From: an uncultured Gemmatimonadales bacterium
GTDB taxonomy: Bacteria; Gemmatimonadota; Gemmatimonadetes; Gemmatimonadales; GWC2-71-9
Length of the DNA stretch: 64,000 bases
Assembly (NCBI GenBank): GCA_963795085.1
Contig: CAWCFX010000003.1
Location: 96,001 to 160,000, forward strand
Direction: 5' to 3'
Made by a program: the position numbers and the translations under genes. This document shows, in pieces, positions 9,931 to 18,237 of this stretch. The notes beneath the pieces were generated by a model. The model saw only the letters and a list, made by a program, of their open reading frames with translations, was not told the origin of the DNA and made no database searches. The first letter of the stretch is position 1. Every line of letters begins with the position of its first letter.

Positions 9931-12627
9931 TCAGGATGCCCTGGACACGAGAATGCGTTCCAGGTCACGGGCCGACCGTGCCTCGTTCCTTGCCAGCTGC
10001 GCGAAGGAGGAGGCCGGGTCGGCCTGGACCACTTTTTCCCACAGCTGCAGCGCCTGGTGATAGCGGCGCATCCGGGCCAGCGCGACCCCCCCGTAATACA
10101 ATGCCCCGGTGCAGTCCGGCGCGAACTTGAGGATCCGGCTGAATGCTTCCAGCGCCCGTTCCGGGCGGCCATCGTCGATCAGGGTGCGGCCCAGCAGCTG
10201 CAGCGCTTCGAGGTCGTAGGGATCGTGAATCAGGAGCGAGACCAGGACATCCGTGGCGGCCGGTCGCGCCTCGGTCCGCCGCAGCAGGTCGGCCAGCGCC
10301 AGCCCGGCTTCCACGTAGGTGGGCAGCAGATCGAGCGCCCGTTCATAGGCCGCGCGGGCGCCGGTCCAGTTCTCCCGTTTCTCTTCCAGCGCTCCCAGTT
10401 CACACCAGACCTGGGCCAGCGACCCGTCCAACTGGAGCGCGCCCTGGTAGGCCTCGATGGCGGCGGCGGTTTCGCCCAGCCGCGCGGCGATGTTCCCCTG
10501 CAGCTGCAGCAGGTCGGGCCGGCCGGGAGCCCGGGCCTGGGCCTCCCGGGCCAGGTCCATGGCACCGACCGGGTTGCCCGCGGCCAGCCGGGTGCGCGCG
10601 GCGGCGACGAGCACCTCCACGTTGTCCCGGCAGCGCGGGATCATCGATTCCACGATGGATGCCGCTTCGCTTGCGCGGCCCAGGGCGAGCAGCGCCCGGA
10701 CTTCGCCCAGGGCCGCCCCGTCGTTGCTCCCCAGCTCCTTGCGAGCCTCGCGGTACCGTTCCAGCGCTTCGCCATGCAGGCCTCGCCGGGCGAAGATATG
10801 TCCGGCCAGCACCGCCGCCTCGGCGGGCGAGGCTCCCCGCCCGAGGGCCCGGTCCAGTTCGGCGGAGGCCCGCTCCAGCAACCCCTTGGCCACGCACTCG
10901 CGCGCCAGGGCCAGCGGATCTTCGCCGGTCGGCCCCGCCGTGGCGGGGGCCGGGACGGCGGGCGCGAGTTCCCGAAAGACCTGATCCAGGAGGCGCTGAT
11001 CGAACGTGAAATCCTCGCCCAGTTCCTCGGTGACGACATCAGCTGAAATCTCCGGAACGATGGCGATGGTCGGGTCTTCGTACTGGAGGTCGATCGTCAG
11101 CGAGTACTTCTGGGGAACATAGAACGGCTCCAGTTCCAGCGCCCGCTTGGTTTCCCGGAGAGCTCCATCGAACTCGCCCAGCTGGCTCAGGGTGAAACTC
11201 AGGTTGTAATGGGCCGACGCGCTCTCGGGATCGGATTCGACGGCCCGGGCGAAGGCATTGCGCGCATCGGGAAAGCGCTTGAGTTCAGTGAGAACCAGCC
11301 CGATCCCATTCCACGCGATGGCGTTGCCCTCCGACTGGGCCAGGACCTGCCGGTACGCCTCCAGGGAGAGTTGCAGCCGGCGCCGCTGCAGGAGCAGCAG
11401 CCCCAGGTTCAGCTGGGCCGTGATGAGGTCGCGCCTGCAGCGGAGGGCCTGGTGAAAGGATTCCTGGGCATCGTCCGAGCCGGTGTCACCGCTCTGCAGG
11501 ACCCCCAGGTTGTTCCAGCTGAGGGCATAGTTGGGATCAAGGGCGACCGCTTTGCGATAGGCGGCCGTGGCTTCCTCCCGGCGGCCGGCCTGGTGCAGGC
11601 AGACGCCGCGCTCGTTTTCCAGCTTGGGGGAGTCGGCGAACTCGGCCACCAGTCGATCATACAACTCCAGCGCCGCGCCCAGGTCCCGGCGCAGGAGGTG
11701 CACCTCGGCCATGGCCTGGAGCGTCAGGCGCCGGTCCTCCCCGCTCTCCAGGGCCAGCCGGTACTCGCGCAGCGCTTCGACATAATAGCCCTTCTGCCGG
11801 AACGCGAGGCCGAGATTGTAATGCGCCAGCGTGGATCCGCCGGCCAGGGATGGCCGCCGCAGTTGGTCGCTGCCTTCGGCGATGACCCGGGCGCCTCCGG
11901 TCCTGCGCCGGAGCGACAGGTTAGTATGGGCCCGGGCGAAGGTGGGATTGAGCGCGATGGCCCGCTTGGTCGCCGCCCGGGCCGCCTCGTGCTGGCCCAA
12001 ATCGCCGTACAGGAACGCCAGCAGATAGTGGGCGTCGGCGTTGTCCGGGTTGAGTCCCACCGCCTCCTGCAGGATGCTCCGGGCCTGGTCGTTGAGGCCG
12101 CGGTTGTACAGGGCTTCCCCGTAGTAGAACAGGGCCAGCGAGCTTTCCGGGTCCAGGTCCCGGGCCTCGCCGAACCGGTCGCAGGCCTCTTCCAGGTGGC
12201 CACTGGCCTTGAGCGCGAGGCCGAGCTGAATCAGGGCAGCCACGTCGCCGGGGGACCGCGCGAGCAGGGCTTCGAACTCCCGGACGGCGTCTTCGTGGTG
12301 GCCCAGCGACGCGTAGGTGCGGGCCAACTCCCACCGGGCATCCCGGTCGTCGGGAGCCCGGCGCACCCGCTCGTGCAGTTCCGCCACCCGGCGATCGTAG
12401 TACCCGGTGTTGCGGTAGGCGACCTCCAGGTTGGCCTGGGCCACCTGCATCTTGGGATCGAGTTCCAGCGCCCGGGAAAACGCGGCGATGGCCTCGGCGA
12501 CCAGGCCTTTCTGGTGGTAGAGGACGCCCAGGTTGTTATGGGCGCCGGCGTCGGAAGGATCGATCCGGCGGGCAAAAGAACGCAGGACCGCGAGGTCGCG
12601 TTCCGAGAGGACCGAGCCGCCGGACAT
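9931..12627 (-). CDS. Large TPR-repeat protein (898 aa)
   Basis: Many canonical TPR units (AHNNLG, AHYNLG, WNNLG, ALELDP); no signal peptide. Confidence 0.9.
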   Translation of the reverse strand: MSGGSVLSERDLAVLRSFARRIDPSDAGAHNNLGVLYHQKGLVAEAIAAFSRALELDPKMQVAQANLEVAYRNTGYYDRRVAELHERVRRAPDDRDARWELARTYASLGHHEDAVREFEALLARSPGDVAALIQLGLALKASGHLEEACDRFGEARDLDPESSLALFYYGEALYNRGLNDQARSILQEAVGLNPDNADAHYLLAFLYGDLGQHEAARAATKRAIALNPTFARAHTNLSLRRRTGGARVIAEGSDQLRRPSLAGGSTLAHYNLGLAFRQKGYYVEALREYRLALESGEDRRLTLQAMAEVHLLRRDLGAALELYDRLVAEFADSPKLENERGVCLHQAGRREEATAAYRKAVALDPNYALSWNNLGVLQSGDTGSDDAQESFHQALRCRRDLITAQLNLGLLLLQRRRLQLSLEAYRQVLAQSEGNAIAWNGIGLVLTELKRFPDARNAFARAVESDPESASAHYNLSFTLSQLGEFDGALRETKRALELEPFYVPQKYSLTIDLQYEDPTIAIVPEISADVVTEELGEDFTFDQRLLDQVFRELAPAVPAPATAGPTGEDPLALARECVAKGLLERASAELDRALGRGASPAEAAVLAGHIFARRGLHGEALERYREARKELGSNDGAALGEVRALLALGRASEAASIVESMIPRCRDNVEVLVAAARTRLAAGNPVGAMDLAREAQARAPGRPDLLQLQGNIAARLGETAAAIEAYQGALQLDGSLAQVWCELGALEEKRENWTGARAAYERALDLLPTYVEAGLALADLLRRTEARPAATDVLVSLLIHDPYDLEALQLLGRTLIDDGRPERALEAFSRILKFAPDCTGALYYGGVALARMRRYHQALQLWEKVVQADPASSFAQLARNEARSARDLERILVSRAS

Positions 12628-12634
12628 TCGGCCG

Positions 12635-13255
12635 TCAGGTCAGCCGGATGGCGTCGAACACCGCGCGGAGCGACGCGAGGTCGGGCATCAGCAGGAAGTG
12701 GCCGCGGAGACCCTTGGCTTCATCGGTGAACTGGAATTCGGTTTCCAGGCAGAAGACAAAGTCCCGTTCGTACCCGAAGTTGAGGTACGTCGTGGTGAGG
12801 ATCGCCCCGGAGAGGTCGATCACCAGCGAGGGCACCGAGGGAAGCAGCATCATCCCCATGAAATCGCTCAGCGCGGTGAGGTAGGCGCTGCTCAGAATGT
12901 TGCCGGCCTCCTTGAGCCCGGATTCTTCCATGATGCCGAATTCGACGGTGGTGCCGATGGGGCGCCGCAGCAGGATGTCGCACAGCATCCGGGCCGAGTC
13001 CCGCGGAAAAATCACCATGGTCCGGCCGGTCAGATCGCCCATCATGTGCATGAGCACCGCGGCGATCACGTCGTCCGGCTTGCCCAGGACGTCGGCGACC
13101 TGTTCCAGCCGGGTGATGTTCACCTCGGGCACCGTGATCATGATCTTGCGGCTGGTCATCTGCGACAACGCCGTCGCGGCGTGACCGGCCCCGATATTGG
13201 CCACCTCGCGGAGGGCGTCCAGTTGCAGCGCCTGCAAGTTCCGTATGTCGTCCAT
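12635..13255 (-). CDS. cheC: CheY-P phosphatase CheC
   Basis: Two ExxN motifs (DALREVANIG, KEAGNIL); ATG at 13255 has a GGAG RBS. Confidence 0.92.
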   Translation of the reverse strand: MDDIRNLQALQLDALREVANIGAGHAATALSQMTSRKIMITVPEVNITRLEQVADVLGKPDDVIAAVLMHMMGDLTGRTMVIFPRDSARMLCDILLRRPIGTTVEFGIMEESGLKEAGNILSSAYLTALSDFMGMMLLPSVPSLVIDLSGAILTTTYLNFGYERDFVFCLETEFQFTDEAKGLRGHFLLMPDLASLRAVFDAIRLT

Positions 13256-13293
13256 TGAATACTCCATTCCGGAAGCCCGCCAACCCACCCCTG

Positions 13294-13319
13294 CCCGGTA
13301 CTCAGTCCTGAGTACCGGG
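13294..13319. repeat. 12-bp perfect inverted repeat in the cheA-cheC spacer
   Basis: CCCGGTACTCAG-tc-CTGAGTACCGGG, with no U-tract. Confidence 0.7.
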
Positions 13320-13322
13320 TGC

Positions 13323-15218
13323 CTACATCAGCGCTGCCGCATCCAGGATGAGCGCCGGTTCACCGTCACCCAGGATGGTGGCCCCGGAGAACACCGGCAG
13401 CATGCCCCGGGGCGCCTCGAACGGCTCCACCACGATCTCCTGCTGGCCCAGCAGCGCGTCCACCACCAGGGCGCTCTTGCGCTCACCCGATTCGAGGATG
13501 ATGGCCGGGGGCCGCGCCGGGGCCGGGTCGCCGTTCACCCGGAGCAGGTCCCGGAGCCGGGTGGTGGGAATTACCCGATCGCGCAGGACCAGCGCCTCGC
13601 GGCCGCCGAGCGAGGTGCTCCGCCCGGGATCCCATTCGATGGTCTCGGCCACGTGGGCGAGGGGCACCGCATAGCGCTCCCGACCGACCCGGGTGAGCAG
13701 GACCCGGAGCACCGCCAGGGTGACCGGGAGCCGCAGCGTGATCGAGGTTCCCCGCCCCGGCTCCGATTCGATCGCGGCCGCCCCGCCGAGGGCCCGCACC
13801 CGGGTCAGTACAACATCAATACCCACCCCGCGTCCCGACACGTCGGTCACGGCGGCGGCGGTGCTGAACCCGGGCCGCCCCATCACTTTGAGGAGGATGT
13901 CGTCAGTCAGCTCGCCAGTCACCGATTCCATCAGGCCATCCTGCACCGCCCGTTCGGCAATCTTCCTGCGGTCGATCCCGCGGCCATCGTCGGTGACCCG
14001 GACCGCGACGCCACTGCGGTCGCGCGCCGCCGAAAGTACGATCCGTCCCATCTCGTGCTTGCCGGCCCGCCGCCGGTCGGCCGGCGACTCGATCCCGTGG
14101 TCCACCGCGTTCCGGAGCAGGTGCAGCAGCGGATCGCCGATCTCGTCCAGGATGGCCCGGTCCAGTTCGATGTCGCCGCCTTCGATCAGCAGGTCCACCC
14201 GCTTGCCCAGCTGGCGGGCGAGGTCGCGCACCAGGCGCGGATAGCGGTCGAAGACCTGCCAGACCGGGGAGAGACGGACCTGGATGACCTCGGTCTGCAT
14301 CTCACTCACCAGCCGGCTGATCCGCGCGCTCACCGCCTCGAGATCGGGGTTTGGGGCGTGCGCCACCACCTCGGCCAGCCGGCCCTTGGCCACGACCAGT
14401 TCGCCCATGTGGTTCATCAGGGCATCGAGCCGGCGCAGGTCCACCCGGATGTGCCGGGGGCCGCCCGGCGCGGCGGGATCTTCGACCGGCGCCGGGACCG
14501 GCGCCTCGCCGATGGAAACGGTATCGACGTCGCCGGCGCCCCGGATGGCTGCCTCCACCACCTGGTCGGTCACATCGGTATGGAGCCGGAACGAAAAGCG
14601 CCCGTCGAAATCCTGCTTTTCCAGGTCGGACAGCGCGGGCCGCACACCGGTCACGTGGCCCAGCGCCTCGGCCCGCTTGAGGGCCAGGGCGGCGCGGCCG
14701 CCCCGCATGACCGCCTCCGAGCGAATCGCCACCCGGACCAGCCGGCCGGTGGCGACCGGCTCGGCCGTCCCCGCGGCCGTGGCCTCGATGGTCTGCCGGG
14801 CGGAGCGCACCGCGCGCATTTCGCCGGTGCGGGACTGGGCCTGGCTGGCGGCCGCGTCGAGGTCGGCGATCAGGGCGGCAAAATCGAGCCGATCATCGCG
14901 CCCCCCGGTGGCCTCCTCCAACGACTGCTCCAGGGTGTCCACCGCCCGGAAGAGCAGGTCGATCAGGTCCGCCTCGGCCGATGCTACCCGTTCCCGGAGC
15001 AGCGAGAGCAGGCTTTCCGCGCGGTGAGCCAGCGCCGCAAGGTTGGCATAGCCCATGGTGGCCGCCATCCCCTTGAGCGTGTGCATCGCGCGGAAGATCC
15101 CCACCACCGGCTCCGCGGCGTGGGGCGAGCGTTCAAGTTCCAGCAGCAGGCGGTTGCACGCCTGGAGATGCTCACGGCCTTCCGCGAGAAAGAGGTTGGC
15201 GTACCGGGAAAGGTCCAT
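13323..15218 (-). CDS. cheA: Chemotaxis histidine kinase CheA
   Basis: HPt (FRAMHTLKG), HATPase (HLLRNAVDHG, DDGRG, GRGVG) and a C-terminal CheW domain. Confidence 0.97.
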   Translation of the reverse strand: MDLSRYANLFLAEGREHLQACNRLLLELERSPHAAEPVVGIFRAMHTLKGMAATMGYANLAALAHRAESLLSLLRERVASAEADLIDLLFRAVDTLEQSLEEATGGRDDRLDFAALIADLDAAASQAQSRTGEMRAVRSARQTIEATAAGTAEPVATGRLVRVAIRSEAVMRGGRAALALKRAEALGHVTGVRPALSDLEKQDFDGRFSFRLHTDVTDQVVEAAIRGAGDVDTVSIGEAPVPAPVEDPAAPGGPRHIRVDLRRLDALMNHMGELVVAKGRLAEVVAHAPNPDLEAVSARISRLVSEMQTEVIQVRLSPVWQVFDRYPRLVRDLARQLGKRVDLLIEGGDIELDRAILDEIGDPLLHLLRNAVDHGIESPADRRRAGKHEMGRIVLSAARDRSGVAVRVTDDGRGIDRRKIAERAVQDGLMESVTGELTDDILLKVMGRPGFSTAAAVTDVSGRGVGIDVVLTRVRALGGAAAIESEPGRGTSITLRLPVTLAVLRVLLTRVGRERYAVPLAHVAETIEWDPGRSTSLGGREALVLRDRVIPTTRLRDLLRVNGDPAPARPPAIILESGERKSALVVDALLGQQEIVVEPFEAPRGMLPVFSGATILGDGEPALILDAAALM

Positions 15219-15222
15219 CCGG

Positions 15223-15585
15223 TCAGCCGAGGACGCGCTGGACGGCCTCGAGGACGCGGGAGGGCTGGAACGGCTTCACAACAAAGTCCTTGGCGCCGGC
15301 CTGGATGGCCTCGACGACCAGGGCCTGCTGCCCCATCGCGCTGCACATGAGGACCTTGGCATCGGGATCGGTCCGGCAGATTTCCCGGACGGCGTCGATC
15401 CCGCCCATATCGGGCATGACGATATCCATGGTGACCAGGTCCGGTTTGAGCTGCCGGTATTTCTCCACCGCCTGCCGGCCGGTTTCGGCTTCACCGACCA
15501 CCTCGAACCCTGCCTGGGCGAGAATGTCGCTGATCATCGTGCGCATGAAGATCGCGTCGTCGCATACCAGAACCGTATGACCCAC
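15223..15585 (-). CDS. cheY: Response regulator CheY (Bacillus/Thermotoga-like)
   Basis: VLVCDDAIFMR, VTMDIVMP, CSAMGQ and FVVKPF. Confidence 0.93.
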   Translation of the reverse strand: MGHTVLVCDDAIFMRTMISDILAQAGFEVVGEAETGRQAVEKYRQLKPDLVTMDIVMPDMGGIDAVREICRTDPDAKVLMCSAMGQQALVVEAIQAGAKDFVVKPFQPSRVLEAVQRVLG

Positions 15586-15644
15586 GAAAGCTCCTTTCCT
15601 TGACCTGTCCAGCGTCCCCCTGCCCGGAAGAGAAGGGGGAACGA

Positions 15645-16097
15645 CTACCTGGCCTTCACCGGCGCAAGCACGGGACCCAGCACGACGTCCGGATCGAGTA
15701 CCACGAACACCAGCGATTCCCAGCGTCCGACTGCGCGTACGATTTGCGGATCCACGCCCGGCAGGGTGCCGCGGTCCTCCAGGGCACTGGCGGGAACGTG
15801 GACGAGATCGTGAACCTGGTCAACGAGAAGGCCGAGGGGCCGGCCGTGAACCTGCAGGAGAAGGATCGAGGGCTCGGCACCGGGCTCCCCCGCCGCCCGC
15901 CCCAGCATCCGCCGCCCATCCACCACCGTGACCAGCCGACCCCGCACATTCACGAGCCCTTCGACGCCGTCAACCGCCCCGGGAATACGGGCGGCACCCA
16001 GCGCGGGGACGATCTCCCGGACAGCCGCCACCGGGAGGGCACAGATCAGGTCGCCCACCCGGAAGATGACCAGGCTCGCCGCGGTAGTTTCAGCCAT
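15645..16097 (-). CDS. cheW: CheW coupling protein
   Basis: LVIFRVG..ALPVAAVREIV..GLVNVRGRLVTVVD..GLLVDQV; ATG at 16097. Confidence 0.9.
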   Translation of the reverse strand: MAETTAASLVIFRVGDLICALPVAAVREIVPALGAARIPGAVDGVEGLVNVRGRLVTVVDGRRMLGRAAGEPGAEPSILLLQVHGRPLGLLVDQVHDLVHVPASALEDRGTLPGVDPQIVRAVGRWESLVFVVLDPDVVLGPVLAPVKAR

Positions 16098-17091
16098 GTC
16101 CTTCAAAGAAACCAAGATACCGAAGACTGGGGTGTTCAGCAACGGGAGTTGACGCCCCTGCCAAGGCCAGCGCGGTAGCCAAATCGGCAGGCCACTCGGA
16201 GGTAAAGGCCACCGGCACTCCGGACACCGGATGGTGAAACGACAAATAGGCAGCGTGCAAAGCTTGGCGTTTCGTGACGGCTTCGAGACGGTCGGCAAGG
16301 GGCCGGCCGATCCCGGAAATGCGCCGGGCCCCCCCGCCCCCGTACACCGGGTCTCCCACGATGGGGTGCCCGATATGGGCCAGGTGAACCCGGATCTGGT
16401 GGGTCCGGCCTGAATGCAACTCCAGGCGCAGCAGATCACACACCGAAAATCGTGCCACCACGTAGGCATCGGTCCGTGCGCTTCGCCCCCCGGCCACCAC
16501 GGCCATCCGTTTCCGGTCTCCTTCGTGCCGGGCGACCGGGGCGTCGATGGTGGTGGGGCTCTGGTCGAGGTGCCCCCAGGCAAGCGCCGCGTACCGGCGG
16601 GTGACCCGGCGGGCAGCCAGGGCGGCGCCCAGCCGGCGGTGAGCGAGGTCGGTCTTGGCCACCACCATCAGGCCGGAGGTATCCCGGTCAAGGCGGTGGA
16701 CGATCCCGGGACGCCCTCCCCCGCCCTCGGAGAGCGGAGTGCCCCGGGCCGCCAGCGCATTGACGAGGGTATCGTCCCAGTGACCCGGGGCCGGGTGCAC
16801 CACGAGGCCGGCGGGCTTGTCCAGGACCAGCAGCTGATCATCCTCGAATACCACGGCGAGCGGAATGTCGGCGGGCTGGATGTGACGGGGCGGAGCCTCG
16901 TCCGGCAGGTCGATCCGCACGGTGTCGCCGCGGGCGAGGAGCCGGGACGCCCGGGCGATGGCGCCGCCGACATCGACCCGCCTGTCGGCGATCAGCCGGG
17001 CGGCCTGGGTGCGGGAAATCGACAGCTGGTCCGCCAGAAACCGATCGAGCCGCTCGGTGGTGCCGGAGAGGACGGTGAACTCGATCAGCAT
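16090..17091 (-). CDS. rluD: RluA/RluD-family pseudouridine synthase
   Basis: S4 domain (ERLDRFL), KPAGLVVHP, HRLDRDTSG and GRTHQIRVH; ATG at 17091. Confidence 0.92.
   Translation of the reverse strand: MLIEFTVLSGTTERLDRFLADQLSISRTQAARLIADRRVDVGGAIARASRLLARGDTVRIDLPDEAPPRHIQPADIPLAVVFEDDQLLVLDKPAGLVVHPAPGHWDDTLVNALAARGTPLSEGGGGRPGIVHRLDRDTSGLMVVAKTDLAHRRLGAALAARRVTRRYAALAWGHLDQSPTTIDAPVARHEGDRKRMAVVAGGRSARTDAYVVARFSVCDLLRLELHSGRTHQIRVHLAHIGHPIVGDPVYGGGGARRISGIGRPLADRLEAVTKRQALHAAYLSFHHPVSGVPVAFTSEWPADLATALALAGASTPVAEHPSLRYLGFFEGHG
16114..16142 (-). promoter_or_regulatory. Putative sigma70 promoter for the che/mgl operon, inside the 3' end of rluD
   Basis: TTGCTG-17 nt-TATCTT followed by a GAAGGA RBS and the cheW ATG. 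Confidence 0.5.
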
Positions 17092-17112
17092 GGGGACGCG
17101 GCGGCAGACAGA

Positions 17113-17259
17113 GTGCAGAGTGCCGGGTGCAGAGTGCAGAGTGCCGGGTGCAGAGTGCAGAGTGCCGGGTGCAGAGTGCAGAGTGCAGGGTGCAGAGTGC
17201 AGAGTGCAGAGTGCAGAGTGCAGAGTGCAGAGTACAGGGTGGAGGGTGCAGCGTACCGG
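17113..17259. repeat. Heptamer tandem array, about 21 units of GTGCAGA and variants
   Basis: Read directly: GTGCAGA/GTGCCGG/GTGCAGG units with a 21-bp higher-order period at the left end. Confidence 0.95.
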
Positions 17260-17335
17260 CTGCGGGCCGCTGGGTACTGCGTACCGCACGGGCCGGGGAG
17301 TGACGGGCCCGGCACCCGACCGCGCATTTGGATTA

Positions 17336-17857
17336 TCAGGGCGGGGTGGGCGTGGTGACGGTTTCCGGTTGGCCGGCCCGCCGGGCATCCTCCCGCCAGA
17401 GCGAAATGGCGAGAGCCACAGCGCCACAGCTCACCGCGATGTCCGCCACGTTGAAGGTCGGCCACCGGAGGGTCCCGACCCCCACATCAATGAAGTCCAC
17501 CACGCCGCGGGCACTGCGAACCCGGTCCACCAGGTTGCCGGCCGCACCGCCGGAGATGAGCCCGAGGGCGAGCTGGCGAAACCAGTCCCCCGCGGGGGTG
17601 GTCCGCGACATCCGGTTGAGCAGGACCACGGCGAACAGGGCCACCGTGAAAAAGATCCACCGGGACCAGGGTCCGAGGTGTAACCCGAAGGCCGCACCCG
17701 GATTGTAGACCAGCCGCAACTGCAGCCACTCCCCGGCCACCGACACGCCGGCGGTCCGCAGCAGCATCGCTTCGGCCACCATCTTGGTGATGAAATCCAC
17801 GATCAGCACCGAGATCATGGCCGCCCAGAAGAGGCGGCGGTCAGCGGCGCTTGGCAT
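17336..17857 (-). CDS. lspA: Lipoprotein signal peptidase II
   Basis: YNPGAAFG, GAAGNLVDR, VVDFI and FNVAD; ATG at 17857. Confidence 0.95.
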   Translation of the reverse strand: MPSAADRRLFWAAMISVLIVDFITKMVAEAMLLRTAGVSVAGEWLQLRLVYNPGAAFGLHLGPWSRWIFFTVALFAVVLLNRMSRTTPAGDWFRQLALGLISGGAAGNLVDRVRSARGVVDFIDVGVGTLRWPTFNVADIAVSCGAVALAISLWREDARRAGQPETVTTPTPP

Positions 17858-18224
17858 CCTCTTCCTTTTCCTTGCAGGTGATGCAGAGCCGGGCGTGGGG
17901 CAGCGCATCCAGCCGCTCGAAGTTGATCTCGGTCCCGCACTGGTGGCAGAGGCCGAACTTGTCGGGCGTCTTGTAGAGCCGCCGCAACGCCTCGTTCACG
18001 TGCCAGAGATAGCGGCCCTCCTGGGAGGCGAAGAGAAACTGCTTCTCGCGCTCCATGGCGTCGGTGCCCTGGTCCGCCATGTGGAAGGAGTAGGACGAGA
18101 GGTCCCCATCGGAGGACTGCAGGGTCGCGTTGAACGACTCGTCGTAATAACCCAGTTCCTTCATCACCCGAGCGCGTTCTTCCAGCAGCCGCTTCTCGAA
18201 GTGCGCGAGGTTCTTCTTGTTCAT
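17841..18224 (-). CDS. TraR/DksA C4 zinc-finger protein
   Basis: HMADQGTD coiled-coil tip and CHQC..ERLDALPHARLCITC; ATG at 18224. Confidence 0.9.
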   Translation of the reverse strand: MNKKNLAHFEKRLLEERARVMKELGYYDESFNATLQSSDGDLSSYSFHMADQGTDAMEREKQFLFASQEGRYLWHVNEALRRLYKTPDKFGLCHQCGTEINFERLDALPHARLCITCKEKEEDAKRR

Positions 18225-18237
18225 GGCTTTCCGTCCG

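Noticed and set aside
17113..17259. CRISPR array
   Set aside because: The units are contiguous 7-mers with no unique spacers, and there are no cas genes
17092..17427. Cys/His-repeat N-terminal extension of RluD (LHSALCT repeats)
   Set aside because: This is translation through the heptamer array; the S4 domain starts at ATG 17091 and the extension overlaps lspA
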